Source of the DNA: Chrysomallon squamiferum
Taxonomy: Eukaryota; Animalia; Mollusca
Length of the DNA stretch: 64,000 bases
Assembly (NCBI GenBank): GCA_012295275.1
Contig: CM022666.1
Coordinates: forward strand, 13,144,001-13,208,000
Direction of reading: 5' to 3'
In this document: positions 1-14,635 of the stretch, in pieces
How positions within the stretch are numbered: position 1 is the stretch's first letter
How the letters are laid out: the number at the start of each line of letters is the position of its first letter
Made by a program: the position numbers and the translations under genes
Notes under the pieces: model-generated
What the model was told of the DNA's origin: nothing
What the model saw: only the letters and a program-made list of their open reading frames with translations
Database searches by the model: none

Positions 1-1475
1 TAGGATACAGTTTTGGTTTTTATTTATTTATTTATTTTTTTATTTATTTACTTATTTACTTACTGATTTTTATTTTATTTTATTTTATTATTATTTAATT
101 TTATTTTTTTATTTTATTTATTTATTTATTTTATTTTTTTATTATTTTTTTATTTATTTATTTTATTTCTCTGTGTGTATGTGTGTGTGTGATTTAATTA
201 TTTATGTTAACAGAAATTAAAACAAATGATTAAGAGACAATGTTTGACTCATTAATTGACTAACGCAGGTCTGTGTGTGTTTCCTGTTGTATTAGTCAGC
301 ATCTTGTATACCGGTGAAATACTCAGTATTACTCAGTGATTTAATAACACTGTTATTTCACATTCAAATACATCAAACATCTCGCAACAGTTTTGGAAAT
401 AATTTAAAAGTTTGGCTTGGAAAGGTGTGTGGTTTTCTGAGGTTTTTATATTTAGATACTTGATAAACTGTGGGACTGCAGAATTCCAGATTACCAAGGG
501 CCTGCTTTTGACAGGTTTTGCTCTATACTCTTGTATGAAGTAAAGAAATCAGTAAAATAAATTAAATAAATAAACTGTGAATGCTGTTTCACTATGATGT
601 CATTCGGTATTAGCTTTTTCTTTTTTGTTATTTAATTTGAATAATAATAATAGAACTAATGAAATGGCTTTAATAATTTTCAATATTTTTTATAATTTTA
701 AAATAAATGATAGAATCTTTATTATTGCAGTAAATATGAGTAAACATTTAGAATATGATATCTAATTAAGGTTCAATACAGTAATACATTTTCAATATTA
801 TGAATTAATATTAACTTATATTGTATCTTTGTTATTGAAGTAAATCTGAATAAACATTTATAATTTAAAAGTATCATGAAATAATTTTAGCTCACTGTAT
901 TGTATCTTTATTTATAGCAGTAAATTTAAAATATACTTTGTAACTAAGACTTCTTTATGACAGTTCAATATTCTGACCGTTCTCACAGAATTGGTTCGGA
1001 CTAACAAACGTCTGCTTCAAATCGTCTTTGCTATTTTTATCTATTATTTCCTGTTTTCATTCACAGAAATCCTAATTCTCACCCTTTCACTTAAAGATCT
1101 CCCATCAGTTACATCCTCAGACATAAACACACATTGTGGCTGCTGTTGTTTTAATTGACTGTAAGCTATATATAAATAATTAGATGACACTGTTTGTCTG
1201 CGTCAGTCATTACGTGTGTCAGTGTGTGTGTAAGTGTGTATGTAAGGAAATGAAAGGATGAGGTGTGTTATGAAATTCAAGAAGAGTTTGTACATCCTGT
1301 AATTAGTAAGTAGGGTCTTCATTGTTCTGTTTTGGTTTGGTTTGTTTTGTGGTTTTTTTAAATGTATTTTTTGGGGAGAATGTTTTAAGTTATGTGAAGC
1401 TGTGTTAATTTGTTATTTTTATTTTGTTATTTTCAGTTAATATTTAGTTTATATTAATGGATTTTTATTATTCTA

Positions 1476-1524
<49 letters not shown>

Positions 1525-1759
1525 TATTATTATTTTTATTACCATTACAACTATTTTTATTATTACTATTTTTATTGTTGTCATTGTTGTTATTATTGTT
1601 GCTGACATCATCATCATCATCATCATCATCATCATTACCATCACTACAAGTACAGATACTACTGCTATCACTACCACCACAATCACTACTACAACTACTA
1701 CTACTAATGTTGTTGTTGTTGTTGTTATTTTTGTTATTTTTGTTATTGTTATTTTACAG

Positions 1760-1859
1760 ATGTCATACAGACTTCGCCCTTTCTTTGAATGTAATATCAG
1801 TTTTCTGGGATTCTCTAAAGAAGAACAAAAACACATGGAGGAACTCACAATAGAAAACG
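1760..1859 (+). CDS. ECT2: ECT2 exon (start of BRCT2): MSYRLRPFFECNISFLGFSKEEQKHMEELTIENG
   Basis: tttacag acceptor, G|gtgag donor; matches the ECT2 BRCT2 N-half. Confidence 0.93.
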
Positions 1860-1943
1860 GTGAGATTTAAGTCAGATGAAACAAATTCATTGTTAGTAAA
1901 GTTTAGGATGTCGCGCCATACAGGATATCATTTTTAATCATTT

Positions 1944-1974
<31 letters not shown>

Positions 1975-3324
1975 TTTGCTTCTGTACCCCCAGATTATAG
2001 AGAGCTTACTGTTTTTGTTAATCATAAGATAGACACTGAAATGGAATTTATATATTTGTTTTGATTTAACAAACTTCTGTTAAAGGTGTTAATTTACTGA
2101 TGGTTTTTTTAACAGTTCAGACCTTTTAGATTATAAACAACTGCATGCAGAAGTTTGCAGACTTTATTTAAAAAGAAATTAACACAAATATTAAACGATC
2201 TTTAAAATAACAATATTTTGGATATAACTAAGGTGGCCAGACACAATTATCAGATCTTGCACAACCACTGAGTGAACAAGAATGTAATGTAGTTCCCAGT
2301 TTTGTTTTGCTTATATTCAGTTAGTGTTCAGCTAGTGTTCATGAACCTCTAGTGGACCTGCATTTCATTAAATCTGAATAAGATTGGCTTGCTAAGAGTT
2401 GAATTTTAAATGGTTATAATTTTTAAATACCTTTATAGTGTGATAAACAACTGAGATTTGAAACATTGTATATGATTTTTCAAATGTGTTACATCAAGTT
2501 GGTATTAAATTTTAACATGTATCCTTTTTAAAGTTTTGTTGGGGTTGAAAGAGAAAATTGTTTTTGTTTTGGACCATGGCTGTTGGATTGGAACAAAAGG
2601 TCAAAGCATTTAGATCAGTTCATCAACCAGAATGATGCCAAGTTCTGGGAGGATCAAATCAGAAACTGTCTCAAAGATGGCAAAAGATCGTGGAACAAAA
2701 CAGCACATATGTGACTGAACAAATCTGTGTACAAATATCTAAATATTGTCTCTGAATTTCACTTAGAAAAATGCTTTGACCTTTTATTCCAACACAACAC
2801 ATTCCTTCTTTTTCTTCTATATATTGGTTGAAGTGGGCTCTGAATTTGAAGCTAATTCCAAGGACTTTTAATATCTGATTATTTGATAAGTTAAACAGAC
2901 CAGTTCTTGTTATCACCTCCTCATCTCATGACAGATTTTTTTTTTATAATTGGAAGCTGATGGTTTGTTTTATTTGTTACTCCAGTCTGTACACAGATAA
3001 GTTGTGTCTCATTGCCACTGAGTGTTTGAACTGTATGTGTCAAATCTGAGAAATGATGTAAGTGTTGTTTTAATGAGCTGACTAGCTCATCAGTGACAAC
3101 TGTCACTTGAAATCATCTCATTAGTGACACTCATTAAAACAGATACAAATACTTGTCATTAACAGATTAAATTTTTATTAAATGATGATGATAATAATAA
3201 ATTAATTAATTTATAAAAGAACATTAAAAATACAAATACTTGTCATTAACAAATTAAATTTTTATTGAATAATAATAATAATCATCATATATGATAATAA
3301 TAAATAAGAAAATAATAAAATAAA

Positions 3325-3356
<32 letters not shown>

Positions 3357-5732
3357 TTGAATTAATAAAACAAAAAATAGAAAAATATAAAAATGCATAC
3401 ACACAAATGGTATGTAAACACATAAGATTAACATTTATAAACAACATCACATCTCAACTACTATAATTTCAACTGAGACATGGTTGTTATTGTTTAGAAC
3501 ATGTTTACAAAACTGATATTTCTGTTAAAATGAAATGCTATGGTATAGATCTAAATGTTTAAAACACTAATTATACCCTCAAGGCACTTCTGCAGGATAA
3601 AGAAATAAAAAGACTCCTTGTGTTATTGAGACTGCTAAGATTATAAAGAAATATTTATATAAAAACTAATTCAGAAGTAAACATTGTCTGTCTGTTTTAT
3701 GTCTGTGCTTTGTTCATCCTTTTTTACTGAAATAAAGAGTTAAAACAAATAAATGATGACCTGAGGGGGGAATAAAATAACAACAATAATAATAATAATA
3801 ATAATAAGGAATAAAAAAAATTGGAAATGACTTCTATCTAACATAAACATATTAAATATGAGGTTTTTTTTTTTTTTTTTTTTTTTTTTCAAAAACAAAA
3901 CAAAGACATAATAATATTAATACTAATACTAATAATAATAATAAAAATTTCTAAAAATAATAATAATTAAAAAATATTTATGATACCTCACTATTTGAAA
4001 CAAATATGAAAAGTTTTCTAATAAAAAATAAAAAATATGTGAGTGTCTGCTAAAGGCTTTTGAATGATGTTTGCTGTTTATCCACAAACATTAATTAAAT
4101 TAAATGCCAGAGAACATGGAGGACAGACATAGTTAACTGATGATATCAGAATCATGAGCATCATTCAACTTGTTTCATGTTGTGATCCTACAAACTGCAA
4201 TAACAGACTAAAATTCAGTAGCATTCATGACATGTAGATGACAAAGAAAATGAAAAATTAGTGTTAATTAAAAGCTGGCATTGTTCTGAAGGATTACCTC
4301 TGTTGTTGTATTTCTCTGTAATTACATTTTCTCTACTGTTTTGACAATAATTTAATTAAAGCCTGCTTAAAAGCTTAGTCATTAATTGACCCATTCATCC
4401 GTTAGAGTTATCTTCCCTTCACTGCTGCCTCCAATGTTGAAAAAACACTTAGTGAAATAGTGATATTTACAAACAGTTCTGTTATCTAGCAGCATTCATT
4501 TTTTGTTAGAATTTCTGCTTTTATTTGTTTTGTCTCTTGTTAGTTTTTTTGTTTGTTTACGTATGGAACATTGTTGAGTTTGAAATTTAATTTTTTTGAA
4601 TATAGTGCTATAAATTATAAATTTAAAATGAAAGATATGGGCATAATATTTTCAGGTTTGTATATATATACTTACATTTTAATCTAAATTATATAACATT
4701 AGATTTTAAAAACAAGGAAAAAATTAAAAATTCAAAGACTGTATAATATCTCTGTGTTTACATTTAGTTTTAAAATTGAGATATATGTTGATTTTAAACA
4801 TCCTAGTTTCAGAACTTAAGGATTGACAAATAAATAAACGACTTTCAAATATGTAGTGACTTAGGGTTTAGCCAATGTTAAGGCCTCTCCCAATATTTTG
4901 CAGCAGAAATAGTTTATATTTATACATATTATCTTTGTTGGAAATTATAAATGTGACTTGTTATTGTAATTAATTTATGCAGTTTTCAGTCAGTTTGTTA
5001 AAAAAGTTAATAAAACTTTAAAATGCATAAATTCGTGTTAATATATAAAAAATAATTAGTATTCTGGTGAATTGACCTGATTTTAGTTTTATATTTAAAA
5101 TTATATTATAATATTAACTTACAATTTATTTTTATTTTTAATACTGTATAAAACTATGATATATTAACATATTACATTTTACTGTGTTACATTTTCTAGG
5201 TGGACACTATGAGCCACTGGGCAGTGAGGACTGTACACATCTGGTCGTGGATGACCACAACATCAAAGAACTCCCAACTGACATCTATCTCCCTCCATAC
5301 GTGGTCAGAGCCGAGGTAGATAATTTACAATAATTAAAACAGTTGTTATCTTCTGCATGCCTTTCAGGAAAAATAATATCCACAGTACAAACCAGTGTAT
5401 TTTGATTTAATACAATTTTTATTTCAAAAGTTTACTAATGCTGTCAAAACAAAAGCCTCAAATACACTTTATATTCTTCCATGGTATTGTTGATTTATTT
5501 ATTTAACACCAGTCTTTGCTGATAATAAAGTTTTATAGTAAGGCTTGTTAGACACATAGACATTGTGATTTATCTTTTTGAACTTTTTGTTCCTATGAAC
5601 ATAAACTTTACTACACCTAATAATACAATAATATAATAATGTAAGAATGATACACAGATATAAAAACTGAAGTCTGTGAAACTGAGGGTCAACAGTATTT
5701 GTTTTTTTTTTTTCACACCAAAGATTCAGTTA

Positions 5733-5800
<68 letters not shown>

Positions 5801-8800
5801 TAAACAACAACAACAACAGAAAAAAATAACTGAAAATATTTGTTAATATTATCTTACAGACAAATAACTACAAAAAATCTTATAGTTTAGATATAATGAC
5901 TGATCCTATAAGTGTGTTTTATATACTGTTTTTACTGATAATTTTGTTTGGTTATTTCAGTGGTTTTGGGGAGGCATACAGATGGAGGCATGTGCAGATG
6001 AAGCATTATACATATTTCACAAGGTAAGTTCAAGTGTCACATGTCAAAGGTCAATAAATATGAGACTAAGCAAAGTAATTTTTTAATTTTTAATTTTATT
6101 TATTTATTTATTTATTTTTGTTATTAGTGAACTAGTTGAGAGGATGTTTTATTATTTAAAAAAAAAAAAACCCCTGATAAAAGGGGGAACATTTAAAAAA
6201 AAAACAATTGTTCTGATAATTCAGTATGAATTTGAACTTTTATTCATCTATCAATCACTCACACATTTACTTATTACTAATTGTTACTTGTTGTTTTTAT
6301 TTGTTCATTTTTTATCCATACATCTATTAATTCTTTCCTTGTCTAATCTGTGAGTCAAACTAGTCTTTATTTGTTCAGTTCACTCACTTTTTCCTTCCTG
6401 TTTCAGATTCATGCTTTCTTTCCATTCACTCTTTCTTTCCTTCCTATTCCTATCAAACAGACTTTAATCATCAAGTCTCTTTTTTCCTGTTCTAACATGT
6501 TTCTCAGTGTCCAGCAGCAGTCCTTATTCATCCATCCATTAACTCATGCTTTTCCCATTCTAGCCTTGTTCTTATAGTGTGTCAAACAGCAGTCTTTATT
6601 CATCTATCCATCCATCCATCCATCCATCCATTAATTCACTCTTTTTTCCCATTCTCCCCTTGTTCTTAGAGTGTGTCAAACAGCAGTCTTTATTCATCCA
6701 TCCATCCATCCATTAATTCACTTTTTCCCATTCTAGCCAGTTCCTCAGAGTAAGTGTGTCAAACAGCAGTCTTAATTCATCCATTCATTAACTGTCTTTT
6801 TTCCTCTTCTGGCCTGTGCCACAGATAAAATGTATGTCATCTATCCATCCATTATTTGTTTTTCCCATTCTAGCCTGTTTCTCAGAATAAGTTGTGTCAA
6901 ACAGCAGTCTTTATTCATCCATTCATTCATTAACTCACTCTTTTTTTCCTGTTCTAGCCTTTTACTCAGAGTAAGTGTGTGTCAAACAGGAGTCTTTATT
7001 CATCAATTCATTAACTCACTTTTTTCCCATTCTAGCCTGTTCCTCAGAGTAAGTGTGTGTCAAACAGCAGCCTGCCAGGCTACAAGCTGGGTAAGAGGAA
7101 GAGGCTGAAGCAGCTGGTGGACGAGGGGGAGGTGGAGTACCTCTGCAGCAAGCGACGGTCCAGTGAACTGGGAATCTCGATGAGTCCAAACTCGTTTCTG
7201 GACGCTTCACACACCCCAGACAAGTCTGACTACTTAGCAGGTGAGAACTTTACCACTTGCTGTAAATCTCAATTCGAATCTCGTTATTTTCTTGTTTTTT
7301 GATATTTTTATTGAAGATGTTTATTCTGTACAGCTGACACAGGCAGAAGTGCTTTTATGCATAAATGACAAAAACAAAATTATTTTTTATTTTTATTATT
7401 ATTGTTTACGTTATCATAAAAGTGAATACACTTACTCAATTCTGTCTGTTTATATAGTTTTGAAATTGAAGAGAGAAAATGATTGCATTCATTTATTTTT
7501 ATACTGTAGAGAGAAAATGGTAGATTTCATCATTATTTTCTTTCTGTTTTTGTATTTCTTTTGTCATACTTTATTTTAGCAAAGATTAGCTGTAAGCAGC
7601 ACAAACCAATAAAATCACTGAACATGATATAAGTCATATTTAGGCCATCACAGCTGCACTTTCTTCTACTTTTGTTGTTTTAATTTCAGATTCTAAGTTG
7701 GAGAACAATGAAAATCACATCGTGAGTAACAACGCCAAGCCGTCTGCGAGGCAGCTGGTGGTGAAAGAACTGCTACAGACTGAAATAAACTATGTCGGAA
7801 TCCTGAACACCATCCTTAATGTGAGTGAAACCAAAATTATTTATTGAAATTAACAGCTATCATTTTTATTCAAATAAGAATGAATTAAAGGATCATATTT
7901 TCAAATGTGTTTAAATTTTAACATTGGTTGGAGAGGCTGTTTGAATAACTGTTTAGTTTTAATAATCTATTTACATTTAAATTAAACATATATTTTTTAT
8001 TTTATAATTTGTTTTAGTTATAATATTCCAAAGAAACCATATACAAATGCACATATAAATACATCTTTTTTTTTGTTTTATTTAATATGTTTATTTATTT
8101 ATTTATTTATTTTTCAATTATTTTAAAATTATTTTCGTGTCCAGACGTTCAAGGCACAGATAGAGAAACCAGACCAGTACAACGGGCCTCTGCTGCCTCC
8201 CCCGGCGGTGAAGATAATATTTGGAAATATCCCCCCCATCTACGACGCCCACTGCAAAATGAGGGCCAAGCTGCAGGAAGTGATAGAGAACTGGAAGGAA
8301 GACATCTCTATTGGCGACGTTATTCTCCAGCACGTGAGTAAACTGATGTCTTCTTCCAGAGTGTCCCACCTGTTGTGTTTGTGTATCTTGTCTTTTGATT
8401 TAAGTTTCCATAAGGCAGCTGATTATAGAGATTTTGTTTCAGCAACTTGATAACAAATTAAAAAGTATTTTAGTCATTTTCTGAAAATCACATTTAGAAA
8501 GGGATTGCTAAAATGCTTTTGTGAAAGCATACATTACTGTTTAATTGTGTTTTATTATTATTTATTTTAAACTGTATTGGTTGTTAATGATAATTTGCTA
8601 AATGACGACAAATGTAATGAATAAATTTAAGAAAACTAATGAAAAGTTCTTCACAATTAAAATTAATGTATAGAACTGTGTTTTAATTTTATTGTACAGC
8701 TTTAAATAAATATTAAATATACTTTTATTTATTTAATTTATTGTTGTTTTTGTTTTGTGTTTAGTAACAATTGTTTTGTAATACTAGGGTATGTAAGATA

Positions 8801-11800
8801 AGATAAATGAGTTATTTTATAAAATGTTTATTTTCTTTTTCAGGCTGATGCACTAACAACTGCATATCCACCATTTGTAAACTTCTTTGAAAACACGAAA
8901 AAGACGATAATAGAAAGTGACAAAACCAATCCAAGATTCCATGCTTTTCTCAAGGTATGACAGTAGTAATAGTGGTATTGGTATTATTGTAGAAGTAGTA
9001 GTAATAGTTGTTGTTGTTGTTTTTGATTGGCAATACTAAGTGTACTAGTGGTAGAAGCAGCAATAGTAGTGGCTGTTGTAGTGGTAATACGTGTGGTTGT
9101 AGTAGTAAAGTAGTAGTAGTAATGGTGATACTAGTAGAGTAGTAATAGTATTTGCAGGCTAAGAAGTAATGGTAGCAGTAGTTGCAGTAGTTACAGAAGT
9201 AGTAGCAGTATTGATGATAATGAATAGTGGATGTTTATTCAATGACAGTGACACATTTGATATAAATTGTTGTCATTTCACTCGGTGAGCTGTAAGGGTT
9301 TTTTAACATGCACCTTTTTATTTACTTATTTTTTCATTTATTTATTTATTTATTCTTTATATTTTATATAGTTACTTACTTACTTACTTAGATATTTACT
9401 AATATACTTACTTACTTCCTATTTTGCTTTGATAATTTATTTACCTACTTCCTTACTTACTTACGTACTTATTTTCTTACCTGTTTGTACAGGTGTGTTT
9501 AACGAGACCTGAGTGTGGGCGTCAGACACTGGAGGAGCTGCTAATCAGACCTGTACAGAGACTGCCCAGTGTGGTGCTGCTCTTAGGAGGTAGGTGTACT
9601 TACCTCAAAACAGTTTACACTCTTCAGTTTTCTTTTCTTAGAGTGTTCATAGTACATAACAAAACTGTAGAAATACTGAGTCGCATTTTCCAACAATGGC
9701 TGTATATTTTTACTAGAACAAATTGAAAATTATAACAATAAATCTTAGTTAAAGTTGTTAATGTTTATAGCATTTTAGTTATTATTAATTAGTCTTCTCT
9801 TTTTTTCTTTTTTTTTTTTTTTTTCCTGTAATGGAAATATGCTGTAAATTTTGGATTTTAAGTTAATTTTTTGTTATGATTATCATTTAATAGAAAAAAA
9901 CTGAGAATTGGAACAAAAAGTCAGTTAAAGCTGTTATTATGATTTATATTTTTTACTAGAACACACAGCAGTAAATAGAATTAGAGAGGCTCTGTTTTGA
10001 CTCATTTCATGAGGCAGTGTGATGGTTGCTGTCAGCATTATTGGCAGATCAACACTTTTCATAACTGACTTATTGGAAGGATGATTTAAATTTACTGCAT
10101 AAAACTTTTTCAGAATGGACAAGTTCTTTCTCTGTTTAATAATAATGTCTTCAGTCTAAATTCCTTGATGTCAAGTCACATGTTTAACTTGATTGTTGAA
10201 ACTAGCAGTGACTTTCAGATTCATGTTTCTATGAGTGATCTTTATTTTGACTTTATTTTCTTTTGTGTTTTTTTGTTTTTAGAAAATAATTATGTTTGTA
10301 ACTGTTTATTTGATTTTATTTTCAGACATTAAAAAGCACACAGACCCCAAGAACCCTGACTATCAGAAACTGGAAGAAGCCATTTCTAAACTGAAAGGAA
10401 TTATGACGTAAGTAAACTATTCCACTCATTAATTAATGTTTAATAATTAATTAATTCTGTTTGATATGGAGATAATTAAATAATTTTGATATGAAGTTGA
10501 TTATAAACAGAAAATATAAACAGTAAAACACCAGTCTGATACTGGTTTTGTCTGTCTGCCTATGAACACTTGTAGAGGAGAGTTGTCTTCCATTGATGAA
10601 CATATTTTAGTGTTATTAACTTGTATTAAAATTCAGTTTTTTATTGTATTAAGTAGATATTATTTTTAATGTTTTTGAAAACATAAAGGTTAGAGGTTAA
10701 ATTTGAAGAAAATATATTAACTGAATGAATATTAATAAATTTTGAATATGCGGTGGCTATGTCAATAAATACAGTAGATGAAATGTAAAGGAATATGATC
10801 ATTACAGTCTAAATGTTAGTAAATTTCATTTTCTCATTTTAACTCCTTCAGACTGCTTGTCTTAATATTATTAAAACCTGAAATCTTTCTAAGCTGTGAA
10901 AGGATTAATTAAATTTTGTTAAATAGTTTAAAAAAAAATCATTTTTAATTAATTTTTAAATTTTTTTCAGTTACATAAATGAAGACAAACGAAGAACAGA
11001 CAACCAGGTTGCCATGTTTGATATTATGAAAGAAATAGACAACTGTCCAGTGAGTGTGATAGACTCTACATTCACTTTAACAGAAAAAATATATCCTGAA
11101 AATCTAGTGTATTATGTACATTGAGTCTTAACTTGTTCTTTTCATGATAAAAACAAATGGGCTAACTGTATTCTGATTACTTTCCAGTTATGTTTTTTAC
11201 ATTCATTGTGTCTTCTTATCATAAAAGTATTGCTATTTATAATAATATTATTTTTATCATGTTTTAGTTATTAATAATATTATCTTTTTCAGTTTTTATT
11301 TGATTAAATTACTGAGATATCCTTGAAAGATTTGCATGAATTCATAGTTAAACATTTTTTTATTTTAATTTAATTTTTTTTCATCATCATTATTATTATT
11401 ATTATGTCTTTGCTGAAAATATGCAACCCTTACAAAACTGGTCATTGTTCTGACATATTTTTTTTTAAAAACGTATTTTTTAACAGGCGACTCTGATTTC
11501 GTCTCACAGAAGTTTTGTGGACAGAATTGATGTCCTGGAGTTGTCTGATCACCTGAGTGGGAGAGGGAACCATCTGTCTCTCTTTGTCTTCACAGACAGC
11601 ATAGAGGTTTGTCATTTCTTAATTAATTGTTTTTTGTTTTAACACTGACTGGCTGTTACAGAACCAAATCTGTTATGAAACTAATGAAACTTAAGTTTCA
11701 GACCCACTCATCCCAGAGGGTCCCCACATTCCAGATTTTAAACAAACTCTGAGGTTCTAAGGGTTTAAAACCCATCATGGAACATTGCCATAGTAGAAGA

Positions 11801-13967
11801 TAACATTGGTTATCCAGAAACTTGTTGCTGCTTGTGAAGGGGCCCCTATAATTGTTCAAGCTTCAGTGCCAAAAAAATGTCCACCAGTGTGAATGAGATA
11901 CTTTAAGACATGATTTACTTTTGAAATTGAATTCCTTTTATATATAACTAAAGATAAATAGACAGAATAGTGTGAAAATAATGTTAAACTTATAGAATTA
12001 ACAAGTTAACTTTTAACATTACTAAATGTTTAATGTTTCAGATCTGCAAGAGAAGAATAAAAGTGCTACATTCGTCGAAGAGCCCTGCAGCATACAGGAC
12101 CCCGAAGAAAGCGTACAAACACATAGAGATGATGTCACTGTCATGCATAAAACGAGTCTTAGACGTCACAGAGGCAGACGGTGAGTTCATCAAGTCACCT
12201 GTCACAACACAGTGGTTGTGGTGGAGGTGGACACAGTCCCAGTAGTGTAATAATTCAGTGACAGAAGTGTATTTTTAATAACACACATATTTAAAAGTGT
12301 TAGGAGATGGAAGGTGTGTAGGTTGTGACTGATTATATGAAGATTTATTGAAAAGTGAATGTTCACAGAATCAGTTCTCTTTAATGTATTTGTAGAATAA
12401 TTTCCCATTCAAACCAGTGTCTCAAGATCTATTTATTGGAAATTATGATGTCTGTGTTCTGTCCTAAGTATGAGAAAGTAGATAAAAAAAGATCTCCTTT
12501 TAATTAAGAGTAGACCACTAAATAACTGAATATGTATTTTCTACATTATAATTTTATTAAAAAATGGAAGTAAGTTCAGAAACTAAGAAACAGTAATAGA
12601 AAGCATTTTGAGGTTCTTAGAAGATTTCTTTGTAGGTTATTTTATGTTTCCAAACCTATTGATTGTATGCAGAGTTCTTTATAAATATTTTGTAGCCAAT
12701 GGGAAGGTGCATATGAAAGTTCACATTCCACTAGATGGCAAAAGTAGATGTTTAAAGTACACCATCAGATTCTCTCTTTAATAGTTCAGTTATATAAATC
12801 ACACATAGAGAATGTAATAATTGTTGAATGTTCACAGTAAATGAATAAACATTGCTAACTGTTTTGTTTAGACTGCCGGGGAGTGTTTGCTTTCATCACG
12901 AGGAACAACACGGAGTTCAAGGAGAAACTCTACAGCTTCATGCTGGACATGGAGGACGTATCCAAGTCAAACCTGCTGACAGATCTGTGCTAAACACCTT
13001 GCAAACACCATCTGTCGAACAGACTACGTACGTCTCACTTCTTTTACTCATTTCTCTTTCAGAGACAGGTTTTAGTGTTTCATTCATAAATGGGGAGATT
13101 AATATCTCTTTTTTTTGTTTCTGTTTCAAAGAAAAATTCTGATGTTTCATTCATAAACACAGAGATTAATATTTCTCATATTTTGATGTTTACATCGTCA
13201 TAAATGAACATTTATGTTTGTTTCTCTGTTTCAAATGGAATCTAAATTTAACAGATCTTATTGCTGGTTTAAAGGTTATTGATTATTTTTTGTGTTTACA
13301 TTCGTTGTGAGAAATTGGCTTGCAGAACCTAGATGTTTAGTTACAAGTTCTGTTAGTTATTTCAGTTACTGAAGAGTTATTCTAGCTCTGAGCATTTATT
13401 ATTTATCTGGAGCTTTAAAAAGTTACATTAATATTTTCTTATTAAGAAATTTGTCTACAGACGTTACTTTAGTAGTATATCTAATTTATGTATAAGTTAA
13501 ATTAATATTTTTTTTATTTATTAAGAAATATACTTGCAAGAGTTACTTTTTCACTGGATTTCTCTCATTTATGAGATTTTAAAGTAATAATTTTCTTGTT
13601 TATTAACAAATTTGCCTACAGAAATTACTTAAGCTTTAGGTGTTTCTGTTTGATCTAGAGAGAAGATTTTGTACAGAAATATTTTCAAAAACAAATATTC
13701 CTTTCCAATATTCTGGGTTTTTTTTCTTTTTCTGTACAGTTCTTAAGAAAAAAATCTTTTGTTAATGAGCTGTCATACTCAAGTTTAAGCAAAGCATTGA
13801 TGTAAAAACCTTCATGTTAAGATGTGAAAATATTAATTAGAAGGTGAATTTGTTTTTACAGGAGACATTACTTGCGACCGTGAAGGGTGATGAGCTGAAT
13901 ATTAATACCAAAGATCTAAACAACAAACTTAGCAAGGCAGTCAAGTATGTGTTACCTTTCTTTTTCT

Positions 13968-14007
<40 letters not shown>

Positions 14008-14598
14008 CTGTGTGTGTGTGACTGACTTAGTTATTCAAAACATCTGAAAAAGTCATTACTTTTACTAAGAACAGTCAGTTAACCCAAGTACTGCATCATT
14101 CACATATAATGTTTAATACTTTTATTTTTATTACTGTTATTGTTACTATTACTACAACAACAACAACAACTACTACTACTATTGTATTATTATCATCATT
14201 AACATTATAATATTTTATACATGTTCTATTAACAGTCGATGAATAAAATTATAAATTATCAATATTTATTTTGTAGATTTGGTAAGCGAGTCAGTCGGGC
14301 ATTTTCTTTCAACAAGACTCCGAGCAGATTGAAAAGAGCAATCTCCAGCGTCACACACAAAGGGTTCAGTCCCTTTGTTCGAGAAAATTCAGTGACACCT
14401 GGTGACCTGAAGGGGAGACGACTAGCCAGCACTTTTGATTTAACAGTGAGTTATTTATATAGCACAGATCAAAATGTTTTATTGAAAAACAAATATTGTT
14501 AAGTGCCTGAACCTTGAATTGGACGTGGGCACGTAAAAAGAGTTTTCCATCCATCCAACAAATATTGTTATTTTTTTCTATTACTGTTGTTGATGATG

Positions 14599-14635
<37 letters not shown>

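Noticed and set aside
1067-1160. cacag...gtaag bracketed segment resembling an extra ECT2 exon
   Set aside because: Stops in all three frames and no ECT2 homology
1457-1759. ORF extension upstream of the first ECT2 exon (poly-Y/I/T/V)
   Set aside because: Trinucleotide microsatellite in the intron; only 1760-1859 is exon
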